A DNA stretch of 64,000 nucleotides. It comes from Acidobacteriota bacterium (GTDB lineage Bacteria > Acidobacteriota > UBA6911). Below, piece after piece: positions 19,313 through 31,137 of the stretch (position 1 is the first letter of the stretch; every line of letters begins with the position of its first letter). Both the position numbers and the translations under genes were made by a program. The notes beneath the pieces are model-generated. The model saw only the letters and a program-made list of their open reading frames with translations, searched no databases and was not told where the DNA came from. The DNA lies in contig OY761556.1 of NCBI GenBank assembly GCA_963664705.1, positions 4,608,001 to 4,672,000 on the forward strand, written 5' to 3'.

Positions 19313-20676
19313 GACGCCACCTCCCGATAGACCGAAGCGCGTCTTGGGACCAGTTTCCATACGGGGCTTGCAACCGATGCATAGACTTCACGAGCAAAAT
19401 TCAGCATGCCGACAAAGCCGGCAAGCGGTTCTTTGCGTTCATGATTGTGATCGCAGAAACCTATCCCGAGCTTATAGGCAATCGGCCGCTCTTTGACGCC
19501 GCCAATAAACAGATCCACATCTTTTTCCAGGCAGAATTTGGCCAATTCAAGAGGATTGGAATCGTCGACGATGATTGTACCGGGATCAGAAATCTCATGG
19601 AGTTGTCGATAATCATTCCTATCCCCCGTCTGCGATCCTACTACTGCTGTTTGCATACCCAGAAGGCGCAGCGCTCGGATCAGCGAGAAGGCTTTGAAAG
19701 CGCCTCCCACATAAATGGCAGCCTTTTTGCCGGCCAGTTTTTGGCGATAGCGTTTCAACTCGGGATAAACCGTGCCGCATTCCTCGCTCACCACAGCCTG
19801 CGCGCGCTTCATCAATACCGGTTGCTTAAAAAAGCGAACCGTTTCATAAAGGGCATCGGCCATATCTTCAATGCCAAAAAACGAAACGCGCTTGAATGGG
19901 ATGCCGTAATCGCGCTCCATCATGCGGGCGAGATACATCATGGATCCGGAGCATTGAACCAGGTTCAGTCGTGCACCATGACAGCGCGCAATATCAGCTA
20001 CGCGAGCATCTCCGGTAATGCAGGAGACAACTTCAATCCCGATACGCTTGAAGTAATCGCGAATGATCCAGGTTTCACCCGCGAGATTAAAATCTCCGAG
20101 TATATTGATGCTGCAATCGCCGATTTCGGTACAATCACCGGTTCCTACAATCCGGTGCAAAGCTTCACAGGCGGCCCTGTATCCATCCTTTTTGGTCCCT
20201 TTAAAACCCTCGGAATCAACCGGGAGAACTGGAATGCCCGTTTTCCGGGACACGCGATGGCACACTGCCGCGACATCATCCCCAATAAGCCCCACGATGC
20301 AGGTTGAATACACAAAAGCAGCTTTCGGATCGTATCGGCCGATCAAATCGTAAAGGGCTGCCTCGAGTTTTCTTTCTCCGCCATAAATAATGTCGAGTTC
20401 CTGAAGGTCCGTGGAGAAGCTGTTGCGATGTAATTGGGGACCGCTGGAGAGTGCGCCCCGAATATCCCAGGTATATGCGGCACATCCGATGGGCCCATGC
20501 ACCAGGTGTATTGCATCTGCGACCGGGTAAAGTACGACGCGGGAACCGCAGAAAACACATGCGCGTTGACTGACGGAACCGGAAAGGCTTACCTTGTCGC
20601 AAGCTATTGCATCAATGCGATCCGTACCATCCTTGCAAATGACCTGTCCTTCACGCTCTCTCAGCAGTTCTATCAT
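19309..20676 (-). CDS. nifE: FeMo-cofactor scaffold NifE
   Basis: SQRACVFCG, HGPIGCA, TCIVGLIGDD, LNLVQCS, CDHNHER. Confidence 0.93.
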   Translation of the reverse strand: MIELLREREGQVICKDGTDRIDAIACDKVSLSGSVSQRACVFCGSRVVLYPVADAIHLVHGPIGCAAYTWDIRGALSSGPQLHRNSFSTDLQELDIIYGGERKLEAALYDLIGRYDPKAAFVYSTCIVGLIGDDVAAVCHRVSRKTGIPVLPVDSEGFKGTKKDGYRAACEALHRIVGTGDCTEIGDCSINILGDFNLAGETWIIRDYFKRIGIEVVSCITGDARVADIARCHGARLNLVQCSGSMMYLARMMERDYGIPFKRVSFFGIEDMADALYETVRFFKQPVLMKRAQAVVSEECGTVYPELKRYRQKLAGKKAAIYVGGAFKAFSLIRALRLLGMQTAVVGSQTGDRNDYRQLHEISDPGTIIVDDSNPLELAKFCLEKDVDLFIGGVKERPIAYKLGIGFCDHNHERKEPLAGFVGMLNFAREVYASVASPVWKLVPRRASVYREVAS

Positions 20677-20755
20677 GATTGCCCCGTACGATTCTGTGGA
20701 GCACTCCAGGCTCCCGTTCTCCCGGCGATGACTCGGTGTCCATTCTGATCATTGT

Positions 20756-22129
20756 TTATTGCACCAACTCAAAGCGCTCCTCTGGACACTCGCGATCCGC
20801 TTTATCCAAAAGTGCATCGAGCATCTTTTCCATCAGTCTCATAGCGCCTCGATAGCCGACGGTTGGAAACATCCGATGTCCAACCCTGTCGAGTATTGGA
20901 AATCCGAAACGCACAAACGGCACGTTTTCCGCACGGGCAATGTATTTGCAATAGGTGTTTCCTATAAGCAGATCAACCGGGTCGTTTTTCATCCATTGAT
21001 GCAGTTCAAACAAATCCGCATTTTGTTTTACCGCCGCGTGTTCGGCCTGGTTCCCGAGTATTGCATTCACACGTGTCTCAAAATGCTGCCCATGGGAACC
21101 CGTAATGACATGAACAGGCTTCATGTCCAAATCCATAAGGAACTGCACAAGAGCGATTACATGATCAGGGTCCCCTGCGATCGCAACGCGTCGGCCATGA
21201 AGGTACTGTTGCATATCGCTCATGAGATCGAGCAGCCGACCGCGTTCGAGAGTTACCGATTCGGGGACAACTACTTCCGCACACGAACGCAGCGCATCTA
21301 CAAATTGATCGGTATGGGTAATCCCGATAGGCAGTTCAAGCGAAGCCGAAGGGACAGAGCACTTGCCTTCCAGATGCACACCTGCCGCATTGGATGCAAA
21401 AAAGCCAAGGGCCAGAGTTGCAATGCTGTCGCCTGACGACTTCAGCGCCTCCATCGTAACGCCGCCTCGCGGGTACATGGAGTAGAGTCCGGTTTGCGGT
21501 TGATCCAGAACATCGGTGGTATCCGGGAACATCAGCAAACTCACACCAAGTTCGCCGGCAACTCTTTTCATCTCACGCATGTCGCTGGGATCAACAAATC
21601 CCGGCACAAGGTTTATTTGTCTTTTGGTGTTTCCCGTCCGCTCGCACAGGTACTGAACAATGGCTTTTGTCATGTTACTGAAACCGGTAACATGCGACCC
21701 CACAAAACTTGGAGTATTCGCATGAATCACAGTTTTGCCGGCTGGAATGATTTTTTCGTCCTGCGCCTTTCGAATCATCATTGGAATGTCATCGCCAATC
21801 ACCTCCGAAAGGCAGGTCGTATGCACAGCCACAATATCCGGGTTGTAGATATTGAAGATGTTGTTTAGCGCCTGAATCATGTTTGTCAGGCCTCCAAATA
21901 CGGAAGCGCCCTCGGTAAAAGAACTGCTGGTTGCAACCACCGGTTCTTTGAAGTGCCGGGTCAGGTGGCTGCGATGATAGGCGCAGCATCCCTGGGAACC
22001 GTGGCTGTGCGGCATGCAGCCATGAATACCCAGGGAGGCGTACATGGCGCCGATTGGCTGACATGTCTTTGCGGGGTTTATTCGCAGGGCTTCCCGGTCT
22101 TTTATTTGCCTAGGTGTAGCATCAAGCAT
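20756..22129 (-). CDS. nifK: Nitrogenase MoFe protein beta chain
   Basis: NPAKTCQPIGA, HGSQGCC, TTCLSEVIGDD, TPSFVGSH, GFPILDR. Confidence 0.95.
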   Translation of the reverse strand: MLDATPRQIKDREALRINPAKTCQPIGAMYASLGIHGCMPHSHGSQGCCAYHRSHLTRHFKEPVVATSSSFTEGASVFGGLTNMIQALNNIFNIYNPDIVAVHTTCLSEVIGDDIPMMIRKAQDEKIIPAGKTVIHANTPSFVGSHVTGFSNMTKAIVQYLCERTGNTKRQINLVPGFVDPSDMREMKRVAGELGVSLLMFPDTTDVLDQPQTGLYSMYPRGGVTMEALKSSGDSIATLALGFFASNAAGVHLEGKCSVPSASLELPIGITHTDQFVDALRSCAEVVVPESVTLERGRLLDLMSDMQQYLHGRRVAIAGDPDHVIALVQFLMDLDMKPVHVITGSHGQHFETRVNAILGNQAEHAAVKQNADLFELHQWMKNDPVDLLIGNTYCKYIARAENVPFVRFGFPILDRVGHRMFPTVGYRGAMRLMEKMLDALLDKADRECPEERFELVQ

Positions 22130-22198
22130 ACGTATCCCTTCTTCTCTGGAATTGCATCAATTGTTCGGTGATTTAGAATGCGACCAGTCCGGATGGAA

Positions 22199-23848
22199 TC
22201 ACTGGTTCTGCTGTGGTATGGACCGGGAAGCGTTCTCAGCAGGCTGTGAGCCGGCAATCCATGGAGGTACGACAAATTTCCATATCTTTGAGCTCAGCAT
22301 GCGGTCGATTTCGCGATAAAAATTGGCGGCACCGGTGAATCCGGCATAGGGTCCCCCGTAGTCATAGCTGTGGAGCTGCTTGCAGGGAATTCCCATTTTT
22401 TCAATTACAAACTTATCTTTGATTCCAGAACAGATAATATCCGGCCTATATATTTCGATGAGCTTCTCCATCTCATAGTGACTGATGTCATCAATGACAA
22501 GTACGTTCTTTTTCATTTCCGCCATCATTCCTTCGTAATCCGAGAAACTGAATCCGCTCGCCTCGAGAGCCCCCTTTTGTCCAGCTGTGATCCGTTGCCT
22601 GTAGAGGGCGGGATCGGGCTCGACGTGCAATTCCTCAATATTCCGACTGTCGGCATCCACCCTAATGCCAGGCAACACACGCCGCCCTTCATAGTCATCC
22701 CGGTGGGCAAACTCGTACCCTGCCGCCACAATCTCCATTCCGATATCCTTGAACAGGTCCTGGTAATGATGGGCACGCGAACCGCCGACAAACAACGCCA
22801 CCTTTTTGCCCTTGCATCGCGATGTGACTCCATCGCGTACCTGCTTCAGGGCGGCCATTCCCCTCGCGATCACCGACTCAACACGCTCGGACAGCGCTGG
22901 ATTGTCAAAATAGCGTGCTATTTTGCGCAGTGACTTTGCCGTCGATTCAGCGCCGATAAAGTTGACTTTGGTCCAGGGTATTCCGAATTTTTTCTCCATC
23001 ATCTCTGCAATGTAATTGATTGAGCGGTGGCACATGACGGTGTTCAGTTGTGCCGTGTGCGCGCGAGCGACCTGTGAATAGTTCACATCGCCGCTCAGTG
23101 TTGCGGTCACGCGGATACCGCACTCGCGCAGAAGCTCATCGATCTCCCACGCGTCCCCGCCTATGTTGTATTCACCCAGAATATTGATGGCAAATTCCGC
23201 ATCATCCGTGGAATCGTCCAGCCCAATAATGTTCTTAAAAACGCCGTTATTTGCAATATGATGCCCGGCGGACTGGCTGACGCCCTTATATCCTTCACAG
23301 CTGAAAGCGATCACATTAATGCCAAGCTTCTCTTTCATCTGCCTGGCGATGGTATGGATATCATCCCCAATCAGGCCGACCGGGCAGGTGGCCAGAATGG
23401 CAATAGCCTTCGGCTTGAATATGTCGTAAGCCTCTTCGATTGCGCGCGCCAGTTTTTTTTCGCCGCCGAACACAATCTGATCTTCCTGCATATCTGTTGT
23501 CATGCAGTATTGAAGGAAGTTATGCTCCCCTTTTTGGGGCCTTGCGAGATTACGCCGGGATTGCCAGGCATAGAAACCGCAACCCACGGGTCCGTGCGTA
23601 ATCTGGAGAAGATCATAGATTGGGCCCATAACTACTCCGCGGCATCCCGCATAGGTACAACCGCGCTGCGTGACAATGCCCGGAACCGTACGGCTATTGG
23701 CTCCGATTTCAGGCGGGTTTTCCGGATCATTGACTATAATCTGCTTTGCGCGCTTTCTTCTCGTCTTGACGGGATAAGGCTTGAGCATTTCATCCCGCAC
23801 CGCTTCTGGATTCTCCATCAACCTCTTTGCTGAAAAATCGTCCATCAT
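22199..23848 (-). CDS. nifD: Nitrogenase MoFe protein alpha chain (group II)
   Basis: RGCTYAGC, HGPVGC, TCPVGLIGDD, SQSAGHH, VMCHRS (Cys275 equivalent), LHSYDY (His442 equivalent); group-II insertion after GYEFAHRDDY. Confidence 0.96.
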   Translation of the reverse strand: MMDDFSAKRLMENPEAVRDEMLKPYPVKTRRKRAKQIIVNDPENPPEIGANSRTVPGIVTQRGCTYAGCRGVVMGPIYDLLQITHGPVGCGFYAWQSRRNLARPQKGEHNFLQYCMTTDMQEDQIVFGGEKKLARAIEEAYDIFKPKAIAILATCPVGLIGDDIHTIARQMKEKLGINVIAFSCEGYKGVSQSAGHHIANNGVFKNIIGLDDSTDDAEFAINILGEYNIGGDAWEIDELLRECGIRVTATLSGDVNYSQVARAHTAQLNTVMCHRSINYIAEMMEKKFGIPWTKVNFIGAESTAKSLRKIARYFDNPALSERVESVIARGMAALKQVRDGVTSRCKGKKVALFVGGSRAHHYQDLFKDIGMEIVAAGYEFAHRDDYEGRRVLPGIRVDADSRNIEELHVEPDPALYRQRITAGQKGALEASGFSFSDYEGMMAEMKKNVLVIDDISHYEMEKLIEIYRPDIICSGIKDKFVIEKMGIPCKQLHSYDYGGPYAGFTGAANFYREIDRMLSSKIWKFVVPPWIAGSQPAENASRSIPQQNQ

Positions 23849-23904
23849 GCACCTCTGAGACCGAATTGAACAATCCGGTTTTTTTCACATATGATCCGGC
23901 CCAA

Positions 23905-24762
<858 letters not shown>

Positions 24763-24780
24763 TTACACGCTCGTGAATAA

Positions 24781-24796
24781 TGCACGCAGCATGCCA
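24781..24796 (-). promoter_or_regulatory. sigma54 promoter of nifH
   Basis: Minus strand TGGCATGCTGCGTGCA = GG-N10-GC, about 50 bp upstream of the ATG. Confidence 0.8.
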
Positions 24797-24938
24797 AAGC
24801 CTATCCAACAGACATTGAATCTGCCGAAACTGAGGGCGAGTATTTCTTGATCACTGTTTAAGCGTGGTTGAGCGGCCTCGTAGCATTGCTATGGCAAATT
24901 TCGAGGCAAATGCTGGCTTTCATTCTCGCAAGCCGCGC

Positions 24939-25072
24939 TGACATATTTGTCACGCTCAAAAGGCGGAGGGCAGATCAAAAGAGCGTCGAGTCGATAAAAC
25001 CGCTGGAAGAGGCGCTGTAACCGGAAGTGACAATTTTGGAAGATGAATACGGCTAAAGTGAAATTTTTGTCA
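24939..25072. promoter_or_regulatory. Candidate nifH upstream activator sites (TGACA-N4-TGTCA)
   Basis: Perfect TGACATATTTGTCA (24939); TGACAATTTTGGAA (25028); TGAAATTTTTGTCA (25059). Confidence 0.5.
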
Positions 25073-26662
25073 TTCGGCACTATCCGCCATGGGCTCGATA
25101 CGGCTGAAGAACTTTCGATAATCGATTCCCAGTTTCTGAATCTTATATCGGACCATTCGTGCGGTGAGGCCCAGATCGCGAGCCGCCGCAGCCACATTGC
25201 CTTCAGATCGTTTGAGCGCGTCAATGATCGCATCCTTCTCCAGAATATGGATGCGTGCTTTCAGCGCGGAGGCCGCGGGTTCATGGGCAGCATCAGGAAT
25301 CTGCAGCGTCGGAGGCAAGTGGTGACCATGGATCACGCCATCGGTGCTCAACAAAACTGCATACTCCAGACAATTCTCCAATTCGCGAACATTGCCGGGC
25401 CAGTGGTATGCAAGCATCATATTGATGGCCATGGTGGAAATGCGACGAACCGGCCGCCCCATCTTCTTGCCATATTTCTGAACGAGATGATCTGCCAAAA
25501 GCAGCAAATCATCCTTCCTCTCTCTGAGCGCAGGGAGAAAAATCGGAAAAACATTGATACGGTAAAACAGATCCTGCCTGAATTGCGCGGCAGCCACCGC
25601 TGCCTCGAGATCGCGATTTGTGGCAGCAATGATGCGCACATCCGCTTTTTGCGTATGATTGCTCCCCACGCGTTGGAACTCTCTTTCCTGAATGACTCTC
25701 AAAAGCATGACTTGCACACTTGGAGAGAAATCGCCAATCTCATCCAGAAAAAGCGTCCCGCCTTCAGCTTCCTCGATGCGTCCAATGCGCTCCCGCAATG
25801 CGCCTGTGAATGAACCCTTTTCATGCCCAAACAGCTCGCTCTCAATTAATGTCTCACTGAGAGCCGCACAATTTACCTTCACCAAGGCCTGCTTGGCACG
25901 TGAGCCATTGTAGTGAATTGCAGACGCAACCAGTTCCTTCCCTGTACCACTCTCACCCCGAATCAGAACCGTCGTATCCGATGCTGCCACCTGCGAGATC
26001 CGTTCATAGACAACCCGCATGGCATGTGAATTCCCCAATATATTTTCGGGACGGAACTGATCAGCGACAACGCTCCGCAACCTTCTGTTCTCCGCTTCCA
26101 GCGCAAGGCGTGCCGTGTTCGCTTCCCGACGCACGCGTGTATCATTTGCAATCATGCTGGCAACAATCTGAAGTATCTGCCGCGTGTCTTCCAGCGCATC
26201 CGGTATCGGAGAGGTCAAATCCACCGACAGCGTTCCGATTACTTCCTGGCCAAGCAGGATCGGTACGCAAATGAAACCGTCTTGGTCTGATCCTGCCATC
26301 CTGCGCTGATAGATGCGGTCACAGAATTCCGGTTCCCTGGAAATGCACGGAATCACGGCCGGGACTCCGGTCTTTAAAACTCTGCCTACAATGCCTTCCC
26401 CTCTGCGATACCGAATGGCTTCCTGTTCCGGAAGGACCGGATCGCTGAGTGCCTCGACCGATAACTCACTCCCATCAGGCGAGAGCAGCAGAACCGTGCC
26501 ACGCCTCATGCCGAAGTGAAGCTCCAGAGCCCCCAGAACAGCATTCAATGAGTGGTGGTTTCCCTGCTGGCCGTTTAGCAAACTGGCCACGGCACAAAGG
26601 CCCTTGATGATTTGTTCTCTCGTCAGATATCCCCGAAGTTGGCATTCCCCTGCATTCAGCAT
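25070..26662 (-). CDS. nifA: NifA-like sigma54 transcriptional activator (GAF-AAA+-HTH)
   Basis: GEGIVG GAF motif, [41 protein letters not shown]; directly upstream of nifH. Start uncertain. Confidence 0.88.
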   Translation of the reverse strand: MLNAGECQLRGYLTREQIIKGLCAVASLLNGQQGNHHSLNAVLGALELHFGMRRGTVLLLSPDGSELSVEALSDPVLPEQEAIRYRRGEGIVGRVLKTGVPAVIPCISREPEFCDRIYQRRMAGSDQDGFICVPILLGQEVIGTLSVDLTSPIPDALEDTRQILQIVASMIANDTRVRREANTARLALEAENRRLRSVVADQFRPENILGNSHAMRVVYERISQVAASDTTVLIRGESGTGKELVASAIHYNGSRAKQALVKVNCAALSETLIESELFGHEKGSFTGALRERIGRIEEAEGGTLFLDEIGDFSPSVQVMLLRVIQEREFQRVGSNHTQKADVRIIAATNRDLEAAVAAAQFRQDLFYRINVFPIFLPALRERKDDLLLLADHLVQKYGKKMGRPVRRISTMAINMMLAYHWPGNVRELENCLEYAVLLSTDGVIHGHHLPPTLQIPDAAHEPAASALKARIHILEKDAIIDALKRSEGNVAAAARDLGLTARMVRYKIQKLGIDYRKFFSRIEPMADSAE

Positions 26663-26873
26663 CTTTCCACACCCTAACCAAACGGCCGGAATCCAGATGG
26701 CCATGAAAGACAATGCAACTGCCGCGCCAATCTTCAGGATTGTTTGGGCTAAAATCCTATCTTCTGCTAAAGGCCTTTTTACAAGGACATGAGGAGGGCG
26801 GTGCAGCGAATGCGCAGAACAATCGAGTGCGCCTGTTATTCATTTATGTATTTATCTTACCTATGTAAGACAT

Positions 26874-27455
26874 TTATGTAGAGATGGATTCGTAGCAGGT
26901 TGAGGCTGCCGGCGCTACCGCGATGTCGGGTTGTTCGGGAAAGAGCCGCTCGATTCCAGTCACTTCGTCGACAACCACTTTGACAAACTCAATGCGGCTG
27001 AATGCGGAGATGAGAAAGCGCAGTCTCTGATCAAACCGGTCCAGGCAGGCGGGAATATTCAGCAGATCCATCTGTTTGACTCGAGCCTGAGTAAATGTCT
27101 GCCGGATGGTGCAGGTGCCGCAGTGGATGGTATGGCCACATCCCTCCGGAAGACAGGCGTGGCGGCATTGTAAAAGCTCTCCACCCAACAGCCCCAAAGA
27201 CTGATCTCTTGTCGTCTGCAGGAACCCCGTCATTGCGCTGTTAATGCCAATGACGCGCCCCTCCTCATCCACCATGATCACAGGCACCGCATACTGTTCC
27301 AGGTGATCACTGAGATTCATTTCCGTGATCTTGGGCATGTGAAAGTCCAGGCAGGCCTCACAAATCCCATGGCTGATTGCTTTGTTTTCATAGGGCGCTT
27401 TTTCGCCTATAACCTGTCGACAGTAGGAACAGATGGATATCACGTTAGCCCTCAA
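26874..27455 (-). CDS. Cys-rich zinc-ribbon plus PAS-like domain protein
   Basis: CSYC...SHGICEAC, PAS-like VIMVDEEGRVIGIN, then CRHACLPEGCGHTIHCGTC. Confidence 0.75.
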   Translation of the reverse strand: MRANVISICSYCRQVIGEKAPYENKAISHGICEACLDFHMPKITEMNLSDHLEQYAVPVIMVDEEGRVIGINSAMTGFLQTTRDQSLGLLGGELLQCRHACLPEGCGHTIHCGTCTIRQTFTQARVKQMDLLNIPACLDRFDQRLRFLISAFSRIEFVKVVVDEVTGIERLFPEQPDIAVAPAASTCYESIST

Positions 27456-27545
27456 GGTAAAACTTATTGCTCCTCAGGTTCCTTTTCGACCTTTTTGTCC
27501 ATTTTGATAAGTGCAAGGGAGGATTTTTTTGCTGCGGGCGAAGAA

Positions 27546-28757
27546 TTACAGGTTTGCAGAGACGCAATGGCCTTCTGCCGGAAGTGCAATGGTAAATGCG
27601 GTGCCCTTTCCTATTTCGCTTCTGGCACTGATACCCCCGCCCATCAGCTGGGCGAGCTTCAGGCTGATCGCGAGGCCCAATCCCGTTCCGCCATATTTGC
27701 GCTCCGTGCCGGCATCCGCCTGGATGAAAGGACTGAAAACCCTCTGCAACTGGCTTTCACTCATTCCGATTCCGCTGTCCATGACATTGAAGTGGATCCA
27801 CGCGCGGCCGCAATCCTGAACGCGGCGGGCCTGGAGGCAGATCGTCCCATTCTCGGTAAATTTTGCGGCATTCCCGAGAATATTGACCAGAATCTGGCGA
27901 ACCTTTACCGGATCCGCGATCATCCTGCCCGGATTGCCTTCGCACTCCAGAGTCAGAGCATTATTATTTTTTTCAACAACAGGCTTCACCGTCCCAAGCA
28001 CTTCATTGGCCAGGGCCTGCACATCAAATTCCTCGAGTGAAAGAGTGGTCTTTCCCGCTTCGATTTTGGAAAGGTCGAGGATATTGCTGACGAGGTTCTG
28101 CAAATGCCTGGCGGCGTTGCAGATCTTCTGCAGATCCGGGATAAACCGGGCAAGTTCCGATGACTCCTCATCGACGGCTTCTTCCTGAAGCATCTCACTG
28201 TACCCGATGATGGCATTCAAGGGAGTTCGCAGTTCATGGCTGATATTGGCGACAAATTCGCTCTTGGCCCGGTTGGCCGCTTCCGCCTTCTCGGCCGCGA
28301 TCCGTGAATCTTCCAGCTCGATGCGCGAGCGCAGGTCAATCACCGTTTCAATCAACAGCTTCCGCCCATCCTTGACGAACGGAACGACTGTCTTGAGAAC
28401 CGGGATCCTCACTCCGCCGCAGGCAAGAAGCGCTCTTTCCGAATGATCCAGCTTTTTGCCCAGATCGGTGATCGGGCATTTGCCGACCTCGGCAGGGCAA
28501 ACCACACCATGACAAACGCTGCCGATCAAATCGTCTTTCTTCCGGCCTATCAACTGCAGCGCAAAGGAGTTGAGATCAACAATCGTATGCGTTTCGGGGT
28601 CCATGACGATGATTCCGACAGGAATCGCATTCAAAAGAGCCGTCAGATAGAACACGTTAGACTTCAATTCCCCCGAATCGGCCGAAAGCCCTTCATATAA
28701 AAAGGCTTCCATTGCTTTCACATCGGCCCCTGCTTCATTCTGATGGTACAGCAACAT
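27546..28757 (-). CDS. Cytoplasmic PAS sensor histidine kinase
   Basis: PAS domain with [14 protein letters not shown]; [10 protein letters not shown]-box; NAAKFT, DSGIG, GGTGLGL. Confidence 0.9.
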   Translation of the reverse strand: MLLYHQNEAGADVKAMEAFLYEGLSADSGELKSNVFYLTALLNAIPVGIIVMDPETHTIVDLNSFALQLIGRKKDDLIGSVCHGVVCPAEVGKCPITDLGKKLDHSERALLACGGVRIPVLKTVVPFVKDGRKLLIETVIDLRSRIELEDSRIAAEKAEAANRAKSEFVANISHELRTPLNAIIGYSEMLQEEAVDEESSELARFIPDLQKICNAARHLQNLVSNILDLSKIEAGKTTLSLEEFDVQALANEVLGTVKPVVEKNNNALTLECEGNPGRMIADPVKVRQILVNILGNAAKFTENGTICLQARRVQDCGRAWIHFNVMDSGIGMSESQLQRVFSPFIQADAGTERKYGGTGLGLAISLKLAQLMGGGISARSEIGKGTAFTIALPAEGHCVSANL

Positions 28758-29070
28758 CGTACGAAAACTCCCCTATTCCAACATTTGTTGCCCGAGCCGC
28801 CGGCACACAGAGTCTGCCCGAGCTCCCCCTTGACTATCGGAAGATATCTGACGGCACATCAGTATAATTTTGCCTCGAAATGGTATTTTTTAACCATATG
28901 GATCCTTCATCTGGCAGTTGGGCGGAACAAAGCGGTTTCTTCAATATTTTTCAACAAGTTACGACAGATACACCGATGAATTATCGATGCGTTCAGAGGA
29001 TCGCCATGGAGCAAGAAAACTGGGCGTCGCGGGGCGGCTAATGCTACACGCTTTTTGTCGAAGGCACAGA

Positions 29071-29236
29071 ACCGCGAAGACCTCGAAGACCGCAAAGTAA
29101 GGTTTTTGGGCTCATCTTGCTGCCGGTGGCAATCCATACAGCGCCCGGCCAGGATTGTTTGAGTCCAGCGTATGCTCTGGCGAGAACGATAGGCCGCAAA
29201 GCCTAGAAAAATATTTTCTTCGCGGTCTTTGCGGTT
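29071..29236. repeat. Inverted clusters of 9-bp repeats
   Basis: accgcgaag-acctcgaag-accgcaaag (29071-29097) and the reverse complement cttcgcggt-ctttgcggt (29218-29235). Confidence 0.6.
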
Positions 29237-29422
29237 ATCGAAAGCCCTTTCATAGCGTTTCGGCTTTTATTGATTTTCAAAGGCGGAAGCAGGACGATGG
29301 CATTCCCGGTGGAGGAACCGGGGATTAATCCTTGCTATAATGTTGTCCGACACTTCGGTATGAATTCCACGCCCTGGTTTCTCCCCGAGACAGGGGCTCT
29401 ATTAAAGAAATGGAGAACTCCC

Positions 29423-30937
29423 GTGACCGATATCCTGGAAAATGCTTATGGCCGACGCCGGTTCATCAAAGATGTTGCGGTGATGTCCGCAGGGCTCTCG
29501 ATCGGACCCTTCTTCACTTTTGGCAAAGACCCGGATTTCAAGCCACTGAAACGCCCGATGGGCAGACTTGGTTTTGAAGCCACAACCCTCGGGCTCGGCG
29601 GGCAAGGTTCGCTGCAGTGGACTCCTGCCGATGTCGATGCCATGAAGATCATCCTGAAGGCATTTGATCTGGGAGTGAATTACTTCGACACATCCAACGT
29701 GTATGGCCCGAGCCAGTCCTACTACGGCAAAGCCTTTCGTGAGTTGCATCTGATTCCCGGCCAACCCGGATATCAGGAATCCCGGCGGCGATCCTTTTTC
29801 CTGACAAGCAAGACCATGCTGCGTTTTGGAAAGGGGGGTTGGAAAAAGGATGACATGTTCAACTGGAGTGACGGAGCGCCAGGATCGCACGCCGTCGATG
29901 ATATCAAGCGCACCCTGTCACTGATTTTCGGAGATGGCAAGGGCTCTTATCCTTCCGGCGCCTATCTGGATATGGTCCTTATTCATGGAATCGGCAGCCA
30001 GGCGGATGTAGATGCTGTTTACGAAGGATACGATAGGCCGGATCCCAAGGCCGAACATATTGGCGCACTGGCAATGCTGATTGATTATCGCGATGGCACC
30101 AACCTCACGGGGCTCAATCCGAAAGAAGAAAAGCTGATTCGCCATATCGGGTTCTCGGGCCATGATTCGCCTGCCGTGATGATGGACATGATACAGCGCG
30201 ATACGCGCGGCGTCCTCGACGGGATGCTGGTAGCTATTAACGCGAACGATCGTCTGCACTTCAACATGCAGTACAACGTTATCCCGGTAGCCGCCGCAAA
30301 TAACATGGGAATCATCGCGATGAAGGTCTTTGCGGACGGCGCCATGTATACCAAGGAAGCCACCTGGACAAAAGGTCCGGAAATGGTGGTGCGAAAGGTG
30401 GGAAGCGCAGCCCTGCCCAGCCGCAAACTCGTCGAGTACACCCTGACGACGCCTGGCATCCATACGGCCATTATCGGAACTGGACACATTGATTCTGATC
30501 CGGCGCTTTGCCAGCTGAAACAGAATTTTGCCGCGGCTCAAATCGCCCCGAACGGTCTCCGTGTCTCTGACCGGAGGGAGATCGAAAAATTGGCCCTCAC
30601 AGCCAAACAGGGGAAGACCAACTACTTCCAGGCTGCCGCAAAAGCGCTTGGAGCCGCCCGCACCCCTGCCGTCACGCAGGAAATGCGTGGGCAGAAGCGA
30701 TCCGTCATGCTGAAGTGGCAAACCGCCTACGCGGGCGATGAGCCGATCGTCCGATACGAGATATTGCGCGATCACAATAAAGCCGGACAGATAATCCACA
30801 AACCGCAAAGAACCCGTGCTCCGTTCCAGTTTGAAGAAACGCTTTCCGATAAGGCTGTCCACACATACCAGATCGTGACAGTAGATGGAGCCGGGCGTAC
30901 CGCGAAAACGGAGGAGATGACGATTCCCGCAGTTTAG
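29423..30937 (+). CDS. Aldo/keto reductase with twin-arginine-like leader and C-terminal FN3-like domain (paralog 1)
   Basis: GTG after GGAG; GRRRFIK; FDTSNVYG, LTSK, LIHG, RHIGFSGH, IIAMKVFA; WQTAYAG..YEI..YQIVTVDGAG. Confidence 0.85.
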   Translation: MTDILENAYGRRRFIKDVAVMSAGLSIGPFFTFGKDPDFKPLKRPMGRLGFEATTLGLGGQGSLQWTPADVDAMKIILKAFDLGVNYFDTSNVYGPSQSYYGKAFRELHLIPGQPGYQESRRRSFFLTSKTMLRFGKGGWKKDDMFNWSDGAPGSHAVDDIKRTLSLIFGDGKGSYPSGAYLDMVLIHGIGSQADVDAVYEGYDRPDPKAEHIGALAMLIDYRDGTNLTGLNPKEEKLIRHIGFSGHDSPAVMMDMIQRDTRGVLDGMLVAINANDRLHFNMQYNVIPVAAANNMGIIAMKVFADGAMYTKEATWTKGPEMVVRKVGSAALPSRKLVEYTLTTPGIHTAIIGTGHIDSDPALCQLKQNFAAAQIAPNGLRVSDRREIEKLALTAKQGKTNYFQAAAKALGAARTPAVTQEMRGQKRSVMLKWQTAYAGDEPIVRYEILRDHNKAGQIIHKPQRTRAPFQFEETLSDKAVHTYQIVTVDGAGRTAKTEEMTIPAV

Positions 30938-31137
30938 CAGTCAGTGGCGCGGTCGTCGCCGAAAAGGGTTGGAAGGAAGTTCCGTACACGCTACACTCTT
31001 GTTCTGAAACAATGTTTCAGCTTCCATAGCGTCACGGGAGTGTGCGGGTTATTCTGCGCTCCGGGGACGTCGCCGCTATTGGAGAGGCTGCAAAGCTCAG
31101 GCGTCCCAGGTACGCACGATATAAAAGGAGAATTGCC

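Noticed and set aside
20756-23848. Alternative V- or Fe-only nitrogenase
   Set aside because: No vnfG/anfG between D and K; the HSYDY context and nifEN indicate the Mo type.
25016-25032. Canonical NifA site TGT-N10-ACA
   Set aside because: The spacing here is N11, not N10.
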